64,000 bases of DNA from Macrostomum lignano. Its lineage: Eukaryota. This document shows, one piece after another, positions 28,781 through 42,685 of this stretch. The notes beneath the pieces are model-generated. The model did no database searches and had not been told where the DNA came from. It was given only the letters and a program-made list of their open reading frames with translations. The DNA lies in assembly GCA_002269645.1 (NCBI GenBank), contig NIVC01000996.1:248001-312000 (forward strand). The letters are read 5' to 3'. Positions within the stretch are counted from its first letter, which is position 1. Every line of letters starts with the position of its first letter. Both the position numbers and the translations under genes were made by a program.

Positions 28781-29000
28781 TGTCTTGTGTTTGGACAGTG
28801 ACCAGTCCAGTTATAACTTATCTTTGTTTGCAAAAAGGGCTGACTCAAGCTGACCAACGACTAAAACCCATAGACAGCTGAAGTAGAAGCTGAAGCTGCA
28901 CTAGATTTTCTTAGAAATGAGCTGGAAGCCAGCAAGGAACGCATGTTGTTGTATCGCCAGTGCATTTAGTGTGCTCAGGAGAATGCATTGCGCTAGAGGG

Positions 29001-29128
29001 GGGGAGCCGTAGCTCAGTGCTTCAGCGCGGCTCTCTGATGTGCCAGCGGCGCAGGCTCGATCATAAATAATAAATAAGTGATAAATTAACTGGAATCCCA
29101 GCTCGTGAAATTAACGCCCTTGAGGGCC
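29001..29128 (+). mobile_element. tRNA-derived SINE, second family
   Basis: A-box-like TAGCTCAGTG, B-box-like GGCTCGATC; shares GATGTGCCAGCG and GCTCGTG-AATTAACGCC-TTGAGGGCC with the inverted copy at 46595-46753. Confidence 0.6.
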
Positions 29129-29301
29129 AACCTCCCAAGGCACAGTAAAGTTAGGACCTACTCAGTCGGTGGAATGGGCAGCAGTGCCTCTCTCTGGTCT
29201 CTCTGGTTGTGTGACGCTTCCTGCCTCTAATGTAGCGTCCTTCCTCTTGAGTTGTCTATGTGCCAGCCCCTAAGAAACCAAAGCAAATCTGATCAGTAAG
29301 T

Positions 29302-32092
29302 CTAGCAAACGCTGGTCACCAGTGGTTTGGCCGTCAGCTGGTAGATGGCATTCAGCTTCGCCTGACCATCCGCGGCGTCATCTTCGAGTATTGGCAGAGG
29401 ACAGTCAAACGTTTTTATGCGACGATGACCAAAGGAAACTTGTGGCAGCGGTGGCCGCGGCTGCCGGTCACGAGGTTCGCTTGGGCCAGCGGGCGGAGAG
29501 GACAGCGGCAGCAGTTCGAGTTGGTGCTGCTGTTGAAGCTGACGCTGCCTCTGGTGTCGCTGATGCTGCAGTCGCCACTGCTGCTGCGGCTGGCGCCATC
29601 GAAGTCTCTCAGCCGGCTCGGTGCGCCTTGACTCCGCGTTGCAGCAGCAGCAACAGCAACAGCAGCAGGAGCACAGGCGTCGAAGAGCCAATTTAAACTG
29701 CTTACTAAACGAGTAGTACAGAGGCAAAGTGCCGGCCGAATGAACTAGAACAAGCAGATTAGCCAAATCTCCTATGACAACAATCCACACGTTGGATTGT
29801 TTAACTTGGCTGGCGATGGAAGTGCAGCCGTGGATGACGTGGTGCACCACGGCGGGCGAATAGCAGATGACGCAGAATGTCATGATGGCAATCAGCATCC
29901 GGTTGGTGTCGCGATAGGCATAGCTGGTGCTGGTATTGTAGCTGCAGTGACTGGCGCAGGTGTTGCCGGTGACCAGTGACTCGGAGCCACCAGCCGCAGT
30001 GGCTTTGGTAGCTCCGGACCGACGCATCTGAGCATTATACTCAGCCGCGCGTCTCAGCTTGCGGACAAGCTTGGAGTTGACTAAGGCCAGGTAAAGCACA
30101 GGACCAAACGAGGCCAAAGCAGTCCACAGTAAGAAGTGATAGCTAAACCGGAATGGCCAGGATCGGCCCAAGTTGCTCAAGTCGTACCAATTGATCTGCC
30201 TGCCCAGAGCTTCGTTAAGGAAGTCTCCAAAAGCTACTGACCGATTCGAGGACGCGTTGGACAACAGGACGCTGATGTTGATGCCGAAATAGTTGTAACT
30301 GACTATTCGATAGGCGAAGAACTGCGGCAAGCAGAAGAGAATGGCAGCGACAGTGATGATACCGGTCATTAGGCCGGCGCTCCTGCGTCTCCACAACAGG
30401 CTCCCAAAGTTTGGTTGACAGACCAGCAGGTACCGATCGGTGGCTAGGGCCATTGTAAGCCAGTTAGATATCACCTGTTTTTGTTTTTTTGCGGGTGAAT
30501 TTTTATTTTATAAACATTTATTATAATTTTATTAAGCCCACAGTTTAGAATGTTACTGATATGCCGCGACTGCAACCTTTGAGAAAGTGCTAATGTTAGA
30601 AAATGTTGTCTTTGGGAATGTTGTCTTTGGGAATGTTGTATTTGGGAATATTGTCTCTGGGAATGTTGTATTCGGGAATGTTTCATTTGGGAATGTTATC
30701 TCTGGGAATACTGTCGGCGAGAATGTTGTCTTTGGGAATGTTGTCTTTGGGAATGTTGTCTTTGGGAATGTTGTCTTTGGGAATGTTGTCTTTGGGAATG
30801 TTGTCTTTGGGAATGTTGTCTTTGGGAATGTTGTCTTTGGGAATGTTGTCTTTGGGAATGTTGTCTTTGGGAATGTTGTCTTTGGGAATGTTGTCTTTCG
30901 GAATGTTGTACCTGTATTTCGGAATTCGAACTTTTGGAATATGGTCTTGGGAAATTTGACCTTTTTAAAATGTTATCTTTTGGAATTTGACTTTAGAGGA
31001 AAATTTTCTTTGGGAATCTGAGCTTTGAAAATAAAATCTTTGAAAAATTTTAAAAAATCAACAGGATAGGCCATTTACCCCTTAATTGGGGGATAAGAAA
31101 ACTGACTGTTGGGAAAAATCTCTTCATCAACGATCTTGCATCCCGATGTTGGAGCCGGACACTTGACACACCCAATCCTTGTCAAGACTAAGTGACCAGA
31201 GGGGGTCCCCAACCTCAAGCATGGCCGGAACCCTTCCTTAACCATGTCAGGGTCTGTTAGCCCAGGTCTGGAGGCTTTGATTAGCGGTAAGCTGTCACGT
31301 GCTCCTCCGCATCTGCAGCTCTCGAAAACATGATGGAAATTTCCAGCTAGATTCCGGTCGAAGTCTAATCACGTGCCATTCAAGGCCACGATCGATCTGG
31401 GAGGCATTGGGTGCAGATTAGGGCGAAAAGTTTAGCCTGAAGACACCACTCTTTGACGCCCCAACCCCACTCTTAGACACCCATATCCCACTCTTAGACA
31501 CCCCAATCTCACTATTAGACACCTCAATCCCACTCTTAGACACCCCAATCCCACTCTTAGACACCCCAATCCCATTCTTAGACACCTCAATCCCACTCTT
31601 AGACACCCCAATCCCACTCTTAGACACCTCAATCCTCAACACCTCAGTGCTCTGGGGCATAAAAAACCTCTCAGCCATCCCCACAGCACAGCTCACCTGC
31701 ATGCACAAGCACAGAGCGTGGCTATTGATGTACAACCGCGGCAGCCAGGACCAGTGACGCCAGATCATGTGGTCCATTTTCTCGAACACCGGCATGGCGT
31801 CCTTCACGCTTGGAACCACAGAGGTCAGCAGCACGAGGGCGTGAGTGATGGACAGGGCGCACAGGTAGAATCTGGTGTTGTATCGCATTTTGGCTTGCCG
31901 ACGCAGCACCAGAAAAGCGGCCAAGTTGGAGGGAACTCCAGCGATGCACATGGCCAAGCCGCAGATCCCGACTAGGGCGAAGCTGGACTTCCTAGCGGCC
32001 ACGAGGTCGGCGTGGGCCGAGTGGCCGCCCTGGCTCAGCAGCTTGCGCAACTCGCTCGGGTTGGGGGGAAACAAGAGCTCACTCGGATCCAT
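29302..32092 (-). CDS. Rhodopsin-class peptide GPCR (FMRFamide/myosuppressin-receptor-like), 2 exons
   Basis: Exon 32092-31697 (132 codons, TM1-TM2, donor cag|gtgagc) joins phase 0 to 30474-29302: ALCLCMQ-VISNWLTMALATDRY; TM7 ANLLVLVHSAGTLPLYYSFSKQFK. Confidence 0.85.
30595..30910. repeat. 15-bp minisatellite (GGGAATGTTGTCTTT)n in GPCR intron
   Basis: Direct reading. Confidence 0.9.
31440..31640. repeat. 21-bp minisatellite (CACTCTTAGACACCCCAATCC)n in GPCR intron
   Basis: Direct reading; accounts for the VSKSGIG tail of ORF 31418-32092. Confidence 0.9.
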
Positions 32093-32174
32093 GGCTGCTT
32101 GCGCCTCTCTGGTGGCGGCATTTTGGGAGAAACTTATGCATCAAAGTATCTAAGTACATCGAAGTGTCCATCTA

Positions 32175-32253
<79 letters not shown>

Positions 32254-32284
32254 GCCTGTCTGTCTGTCTGTCTGTCTGCCTGCC

Positions 32285-32320
<36 letters not shown>

Positions 32321-32340
32321 CGTATGTCTGTGCGTCTGTG

Positions 32341-32412
<72 letters not shown>

Positions 32413-32462
32413 AATCAATCAATCAAATAATCAACCAATCCATCAATTAGTCTATCTATCTT

Positions 32463-32573
<111 letters not shown>

Positions 32574-32656
32574 ATCTATCTATCTATGTATCTATCTATC
32601 TATCTATCTATCTATCTCTCCATCTATCTATCTATCTATCTATCTATGTATGTATG

Positions 32657-32753
<97 letters not shown>

Positions 32754-32778
32754 ATCTATCTATCTATCTATCTATCTG

Positions 32779-33853
32779 CGAGGGGCATCCAAAAGTCCGT
32801 TCAGTAACCACAAATTTACCATAGACGAAGAGTGAGAAGCTCAGCCACACAACAAAAGTTTCATATGCATCGGCAGTCTATACGCTCGTATAGCAAAAAG
32901 TTTCAATTATAAAGTCTATTTTTCAAAGGGCTGGCGAAACTTTTTCAATCTTGTGTTTTTTCACTCAGCCAGAACAGCTGAATCATGGACGAAGGGGGAA
33001 ATTTGAGCAGCGCTCGTACATAAGAACAGAGTTTCTGCGAGAAACACCAGCTGCACAAGTTCACCGACAACTTTTAGAAGCCTTTTGGCAACATTCCTTC
33101 TCTGAGCGAGCGGTTTACAGATGGTTTGCCATGGACATCATTGAGGACGGCCACGAGAGTCTTCATCCGACGCCAACATTCAGCTTCAGGATAATTGCCG
33201 CTCGCTGGGTGCCTCACCATCTGGACGCTGCGCGGAAGGATCACAGGATGACCGTCGCCAAGCACGTAATCTCAAGTCTCAAAATTGACTGGCAGCCTCG
33301 CAGCACAGTCCACCGGCCTGAGGTCTTCAGACCCAACAAGGGCTCGTTACGATCATACCTTTGCATGATACTTGTGCACAGAGTCCCTGAAAGACAGACA
33401 CTGGAGCAGGGGTGCTACAGAAACTTCATTATTCATCAGCACTCCGGAAGAAGCGACCGCGGACACTGGAGAATAGACCAATGCTGCTTCATGACACTGC
33501 GAGTCCTCACATGGCTAAAAATGTGAAGGATCTGGTGGAGAACTATGGCTGGGAAATACTGCTGCAATCTGCATTCTCCTGAAACAAGTCCCCCAAGCAA
33601 AAAAATCAGCTTCGAGACCGCGCTATACTACTGCATGGACGAGCTTTTCGGCACAATCGTCCGGTCGAGTTCCCCAACAGCTGTGTGATTCCGGCACTGC
33701 TGACGGAGTCAGGAAGCTGTCAGAGCGCTAGCAACGCGTGACTGCAGCCAAAGGATGCCACTTTGGAGGACTGCAGACTTCTGTAGCTTTCCAGTTATTT
33801 GTTACGTTTTTATAGTTACTGTACGGACTTTTGGGATCCCGTCTGCGAGCTCG
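32779..33853 (+). mobile_element. Defective mariner (Tc1/mariner) transposon, copy 1
   Basis: Left end CGAGGGGCATCCAAAAGTCCGTTCAGTAAC is imperfectly inverted at the right end (GTTACTGTACGGACTTTTGGGATCCC...CTCG|TA). Peptide KFEQRSYI...FSERAVYRWF (HTH) and ARWVPHHL (WVPHEL motif); internally deleted and frameshifted. Confidence 0.85.
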
Positions 33854-33870
33854 TATCTATCAATCTATCA

Positions 33871-33904
<34 letters not shown>

Positions 33905-33905
33905 G

Positions 33906-33937
<32 letters not shown>

Positions 33938-34032
33938 AATCTATCTATCTATCTATCTATCTATGTATCTATCTATATATATCTATCTATCTATCTATCT
34001 ATGTATCTATCTATCTATCTATCTATCTATCA

Positions 34033-34070
<38 letters not shown>

Positions 34071-34139
34071 GTATCTATCTATCTATCTATCTATCTATGT
34101 ATCTATCTATATATCTATCTATCTATCTATCTATCTATG

Positions 34140-34206
<67 letters not shown>

Positions 34207-34271
34207 GTATCTATCTATCTATCTATCTATCTATGTATCTATCTATATATCTATCTATCTATCTATCTATG

Positions 34272-34430
<159 letters not shown>

Positions 34431-34455
34431 GTATCTATCTATCTATCTCTCTATC

Positions 34456-34509
<54 letters not shown>

Positions 34510-34596
34510 TTATCAATCTATCTATCTCTCTATCTATCTATCTATCTATCTCTCTATCTATCTATCTATCTATCTCTCTATCATCCATCTATCTAT

Positions 34597-34650
<54 letters not shown>

Positions 34651-34651
34651 G

Positions 34652-34688
<37 letters not shown>

Positions 34689-34788
34689 GTATCTATCTAT
34701 TTATCAATCTATCTATCTCTCTATCTATCTATCTATCTATCTCTCTATCTATCTATCTATCTATCTCTCTATCATCCATCTATCTATG

Positions 34789-34907
<119 letters not shown>

Positions 34908-35041
34908 TTATCAATCTATCTATCTCTCTATCTATCTATCTATCTATCTATCTATTTATCAATCTATCTATCTCTCTATCATCTATCTATCAATCTATCT
35001 ATCTATCTATCTATCAATCTATCTATCTTTCTATCTATCTT

Positions 35042-35078
<37 letters not shown>

Positions 35079-35084
35079 ATCTTC

Positions 35085-35155
<71 letters not shown>

Positions 35156-35156
35156 A

Positions 35157-35192
<36 letters not shown>

Positions 35193-35231
35193 CTCCATCT
35201 ATCTATCTATCTATCTATCTATGTATGTATG

Positions 35232-35328
<97 letters not shown>

Positions 35329-35353
35329 ATCTATCTATCTATCTATCTATCTG

Positions 35354-36428
35354 CGAGGGGCATCCAAAAGTCCGTTCAGTAACCACAAATTTACCATAGA
35401 CGAAGAGTGAGAAGCTCAGCCACACAACAAAAGTTTCATATGCATCGGCAGTCTATACGCTCGTATAGCAAAAAGTTTCAATTATAAAGTCTATTTTTCA
35501 AAGGGCTGGCGAAACTTTTTCAATCTTGTGTTTTTTCACTCAGCCAGAACAGCTGAATCATGGACGAAGGGGGAAATTTGAGCAGCGCTCGTACATAAGA
35601 ACAGAGTTTCTGCGAGAAACACCAGCTGCACAAGTTCACCGACAACTTTTAGAAGCCTTTTGGCAACATTCCTTCTCTGAGCGAGCGGTTTACAGATGGT
35701 TTGCCATGGACATCATTGAGGACGGCCACGAGAGTCTTCATCCGACGCCAACATTCAGCTTCAGGATAATTGCCGCTCGCTGGGTGCCTCACCATCTGGA
35801 CGCTGCGCGGAAGGATCACAGGATGACCGTCGCCAAGCACGTAATCTCAAGTCTCAAAATTGACTGGCAGCCTCGCAGCACAGTCCACCGGCCTGAGGTC
35901 TTCAGACCCAACAAGGGCTCGTTACGATCATACCTTTGCATGATACTTGTGCACAGAGTCCCTGAAAGACAGACACTGGAGCAGGGGTGCTACAGAAACT
36001 TCATTATTCATCAGCACTCCGGAAGAAGCGACCGCGGACACTGGAGAATAGACCAATGCTGCTTCATGACACTGCGAGTCCTCACATGGCTAAAAATGTG
36101 AAGGATCTGGTGGAGAACTATGGCTGGGAAATACTGCTGCAATCTGCATTCTCCTGAAACAAGTCCCCCAAGCAAAAAAATCAGCTTCGAGACCGCGCTA
36201 TACTACTGCATGGACGAGCTTTTCGGCACAATCGTCCGGTCGAGTTCCCCAACAGCTGTGTGATTCCGGCACTGCTGACGGAGTCAGGAAGCTGTCAGAG
36301 CGCTAGCAACGCGTGACTGCAGCCAAAGGATGCCACTTTGGAGGACTGCAGACTTCTGTAGCTTTCCAGTTATTTGTTACGTTTTTATAGTTACTGTACG
36401 GACTTTTGGGATCCCGTCTGCGAGCTCG
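35354..36428 (+). mobile_element. Defective mariner transposon, copy 2 (apparently identical, offset 2575 bp)
   Basis: Same ends and identical 191-aa and 63-aa ORF translations as copy 1. Confidence 0.85.
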
Positions 36429-36445
36429 TATCTATCAATCTATCA

Positions 36446-36479
<34 letters not shown>

Positions 36480-36709
36480 GTATCTATCTATCTATCTATC
36501 TATCTATCAATCTATCTATCTATCTATCTATCTATGTATCTATCTATATATATCTATCTATCTATCTATCTATGTATCTATCTATCTATCTATCTATCTA
36601 TCAATCTATCTATCTATCTATCTATCTATCTATATATCTATCTATCTATCAATCTATCTATCTATCTCTCCATCTATCTATCTATCTATCTATCATCTAT
36701 CTATCTATG

Positions 36710-36780
<71 letters not shown>

Positions 36781-36939
36781 GTATCTATCTATATATATCT
36801 ATCTATCTATCTATCTATGTATCTATCTATCTATCTATCTATCTATCAATCTATCTATCTATCTATCTATCTATCTATATATCTATCTATCTATCAATCT
36901 ATCTATCTATTTCTCCATCTATCTATCTATCTATCTATC

Positions 36940-37071
<132 letters not shown>

Positions 37072-37098
37072 CTCCATCTATCTATCTATCTATCTATC

Positions 37099-37129
<31 letters not shown>

Positions 37130-37130
37130 A

Positions 37131-37173
<43 letters not shown>

Positions 37174-37260
37174 AATCTATCTATCTATCTATCAATCTAT
37201 CTATCTATCTATCAATCTATCTATCTATCTATCATCTATCTATCTATCTATCTATCTATC

Positions 37261-37307
<47 letters not shown>

Positions 37308-37351
37308 AATCTATCTATCTATCTCTCCATCTATCTATCTATCTATCTATC

Positions 37352-37558
<207 letters not shown>

Positions 37559-37559
37559 G

Positions 37560-37650
<91 letters not shown>

Positions 37651-37663
37651 GATCTATCTATCG

Positions 37664-38042
<379 letters not shown>

Positions 38043-38043
38043 G

Positions 38044-38093
<50 letters not shown>

Positions 38094-39039
38094 AATCCAT
38101 CTATCTTCTTTTTTGAATTTAATTCCCTCAGTGCATATTTTACGGAGGATTTCATAACCCAAAATACGCAATAATTACATGACAGAGTTTGGCTAATCAG
38201 AATTGATGTTCTAGACTTGAGCCATCAATAATTATGGCAATGCTGCACACAGAGGAATTGGACTACCGGAAGCCACGCGGAATAACCTGGTAACTGCCTG
38301 TTGAATAAAGACAAAATTATGAACGCTAATAGAAATGAATATAAAAGCAGCAATAATGCCGATCATACGATCATCGGCTTCTACAATAACGGAAACCATG
38401 CAAGGCAAGAGGATCTGAAGAAAACCTGTCACGCTTGGCTGCACAGAACAGACTAAAAAATCTACTATGAGAAGCAAATATGGCGGTAACATTTCACACG
38501 CACTTCAAAAGATCTTTCCTATTTCCTAGAAAGCCAAAATTTGCTGCTAAAGAGATAAGTAGCAATTGCGAATAAATTAAATTGATACTCACAAATACTG
38601 TATTAAAAGCTTACCTCAGCTCCGCAGTATGACGCGATCACGAAGTCACGAGGTGCGGATTCAAACAAATTGGACTAAAAGAGCTACAAAGGCAAGATGC
38701 AGCACGAAGCCAAGGTAGAAAAGGATATGATGGAGAACAGAGAAAGGAAAAGGAAAGTGAGAGCTGGCCAAGCCAAGAGGCGAAGATTTCATTTATATCT
38801 CGAGTTCCTGTGGGAGCCACAGGTGTCGCTCGACCAATGGGAATCCGGTACGAATTTCCTAATTGTCTTGCAGGCGATTGTCCAATGTCTATAGAGTATA
38901 CTCGTAATCTCATTAGCAAAATTGAGGGAGGGAAAGAAACTGCGCTAACAGATTTCATTTCAGCTTTTACTTCTGACACAAACGTAACACTGCGTGATTT
39001 ATTCGGACACTGCCTGACACATTAGGATATGTTCTGACA

Positions 39040-40320
39040 CAATTGGATACTCTGACACAATAGGACACTTTGACACAATCTAAAACTTTCTGAAACAATC
39101 AGATACTGTTTGACACAATCAGATATGTCTGACACAATCGGACACAATCTGACACAATTGGACACAATCTGACACAATCAAACACAATTTGACACAATCA
39201 AACACAATTTGACACTGTCTGACACAATCGAACACAATCTGGCACAATCGGAGACTGACACTGTCTGACATAATTAGACTCTATCTGACACTGTTGACAC
39301 AATCGAACACAATCTGACACGATTGGACACTGTCTGACACAATCGAACACAATCTGAAACAATTGGACACTGTCTGACACAATCGGACACTGTCTGACAC
39401 AATCGAACACAAACTGACACGATTGGACACTGTCTGACACAATCGAACACAATCTGACACGATTGGACACTGTCTGACACAATCGAACACAATCTGAAAC
39501 AATTGGACACTGTCTGACACAATCGGACACTGTCTGACACAATCGAACACAATCTGAAACAATTGGACACTGTCTGACACAATCGAACACAATCTGAAAC
39601 AATTGGACACTGTCTGACACAATCGAACACAATCTGAAACAATTGGACACTGTCTGACACAATCGAACACAATCTGAAACAATTGGACACTGTCTGACAC
39701 AATCGAACACAATCTGACACAATTGGACACTGTCTGACACAATCTGAAACAATTGGACACTGTCTGACACAATCGAACACAATCTGAAACAATTGGACAC
39801 TGTCTGACACAATCGAACACAATCTGACACGATTGGACACTGTCTGACACAATCGAACACAATCTGAAACAATTGGACACTGTCTGACACAATCGGACAC
39901 TGTCTGACACAATCGAACACAATCTGAAACAATTGGACACTGTCTGACACAATCGAACACAATCTGACACAATTGGACACTGTCTGACACAATCGAACAC
40001 AATCTGAAACAATTGGACACTGTCTGACACAATCGAACACAATCTGAAACAATTGGACACTGTCTGACACAATCGAACACAATCTGACACAATTGGACAC
40101 TGTCTGACACAATCGAACACAATCTGAAACAATTGGACACTGTCTGACACAATCGAACACAATCTGACACAATTGGACACTGTCTGACACAATCGAACAC
40201 AATCTGAAACAATCGAACACAATCTGACACAATCGGACTCTGTCTGACACAATCGGAGACTGACACTGTCTGGCACAACCAGAAACTCATCTGACACAAT
40301 CGGAAACTATCTGACAACAA
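39040..40320. repeat. Higher-order satellite: ~40-bp unit of four 10-bp subunits (ACACAATCGA ACACAATCTG AAACAATTGG ACACTGTCTG)
   Basis: Direct reading. Confidence 0.9.
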
Positions 40321-40929
40321 TATCTGGCGAACTTCTGACACATTGACAATAGAATATTTTATTTGATGCACAATTTTGCGACACAGTTAAGACACGAAGA
40401 TTAATTTAGTATGATATAATTCTAGTACTTTTGGAGTGACTTTTAAGCCCAATACAGGAACCGCTCTGATTAAACTACAACAAATGATCATAAAGTTCAC
40501 GCACAAATTTGAAGCCACTCCTAATTGAATCCCTCCCGACATCAAATAAAATTTCATTTTTTGACTGACAAGTCCGTTAGCCAAACAGCTGACGCAATAA
40601 TCGAATTAAGTACAGACTACAGTGTATTTTTATCGCACTGCCTGCACCTGTCAAGTCAATAAAAAAGTAGCCATCTGTAACTCTCGCCTACGCGTAATGA
40701 CAGACTTCTCTCATACTAACATAAAACATTTAGGATTAATATGCTCAAAGCGCGATATTAAATGTGCTCTTTTCACTAATCAATTAGACTATTCTTTATT
40801 TTCTAATCACTGATGCCAACCGCGATTAACTAAAGACAAAGTGCAAGGAGGCCATGGTCACGTGACCATCAGTAAATGCATTTTTTATAATAGCCAATTA
40901 GCATAACATAAGATACTAATGGCAATGAA

Positions 40930-41140
40930 TAATCTTGTGAATAGTTAGGTATGTGAATCAGTATAATCATGTGATTAGTCAGTTATGTGAATCAATATAA
41001 TCTTGTGAATAGTTAGTTTTGTGAATAAATATAATCTTGTGAATAGTTAGTTTTGTGAATCAATATAATCTTGTGAATAGTTAGTTATGTGAATCAATAC
41101 AATCTTGTGAATAGTCAGTTATGTGAATCAATTAAATCTT
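40930..41140. repeat. ~34-bp AT-rich tandem repeat (AATCTTGTGAATAGTTAGTTATGTGAATCAATAT)
   Basis: About 6 units. Confidence 0.85.
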
Positions 41141-41896
41141 TTGAATAATACAAAGACAAAACTGTACAACTTAATTGTAAAGCACTAAGATTAAGTATTG
41201 ACACGAAGTCAGGGCGGAATTGTTAGAAACGAATCAACAACAATTAATAGAATTGATTTCTTCCAATTTAAACAAAGCTGAATGTTTCTTGTTTATTTAA
41301 ATATTGATTTAAAAAGAAAAACACACTCACAAAACACGGCCAAAAACAATCACGAAAATACAATTAATGAAAAAGCTGACAAAACAAGATAACCATTAAG
41401 TCTATGTCGATTTCATCAGTAAGTCTTGTTTGTTCGCCTGTTACTGACAGCGGAACGAGTCTTCAAACTATTTAATTTTAACATTTTTTTCAATATCCAG
41501 CATTCACAGAATCCTATTAATTTCCAGGAACTGCTATTATAAAACAACCTCACCGCCCTTCATCAGTTCAAATGCGGGCCAATGAAATTTAAATTCAACG
41601 CAACTAAGACAACAATAAATATTATAGGAAATTTAAATTTACAAAAATATTACTATCAATATAAGATTTCAAAATGCTCGCTCAATATCAAACATAATTA
41701 AATAACATTTACTTAGAAAAATATAATTAGAATGTCGCGTATTATTAGATTATGGCTAGGAAATGTTGAAAACAAAAAAACTCAAGCCAAAATACGAGCA
41801 CAAGCTAATGGAACAAAGTAAAAACCTGCTTATTACAATTATTTTCAAGCCTTGATGTTCAATATAAATAGCAGAGGTTATTAGATAGAATACGCT

Positions 41897-42480
41897 AGTG
41901 TACATTGGGGATAGGAATTTATTGGGGTTGGCGTGGGCCAGTGTACATTGGGGGATAGGAATTTATTGGGGTTGGCGTGGGCTAGTGTACATTGGGGGAT
42001 AGGAATTTATTGGGGTTGGCGTGGGCTAGTGTACATTGGGGGATAGGAATTTATTGGGATTGGCGTGGGCCAGTGTACACTAGGGGGGTAGGAATTTATT
42101 GGGGTTGGCATGGGCCAGTGTACATTAGGGGGTAGGAATTTATTGGATTTGGCGTGAGTCAGTGTACACTGGGGGGGGGTAGGAATTTATTGGGGTTGGC
42201 TTGGGCCAGTGTACATTGGGGGATAGGAATTTATTGGGGTTGGCGTGGGCCAGTGTACATTGGGGATAGGAATTGATTGGAGTTGGCGTGGGCCAGTGTA
42301 CATTGGGGGATAGGAATTTATTGGGATTGGCGTGGGCCAGTGTACACTGGGGGGGGGGTAGGAATTTATTGGGGTTGGCATGGGCCAGTGTACATTAGGG
42401 GATAGGAATTTATTGGATTTGGCGTGAGCCAGTGTACATTGGGGGGTAGGAATTTATTGGGTTTGGCTTAGGCCAGTGTA
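41897..42480. repeat. ~44-bp G-rich tandem repeat
   Basis: Unit AGTGTACATTGGGGGATAGGAATTTATTGGGGTTGGCGTGGGC[CT], about 13 units. Confidence 0.9.
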
Positions 42481-42685
42481 CATCGATGATAGAAATTCCA
42501 TACGGAGCGTGTGACAATTAAGTACTTCCTATATACTAAAATGAGTTGTCTCTAAACAGGTATCTCTTAGCCGTGTGTTTTATACCGTGGCGTGATACGA
42601 TAATATACGTCCCGTATTATAGAATACTGTCAAGAAAGTTAACCAGGCAGTCCACATAATACATAGAAGTGTGATGCCTGAAGCC

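Noticed and set aside
27828-28881. Four ~330-aa Cys/Trp-rich ORFs
   Set aside because: Artefact of a 20-bp repeat that lacks stops in most frames.
39198-40371. Cys-rich ORFs resembling zinc fingers
   Set aside because: Translation of a 40-bp higher-order satellite in all three frames.
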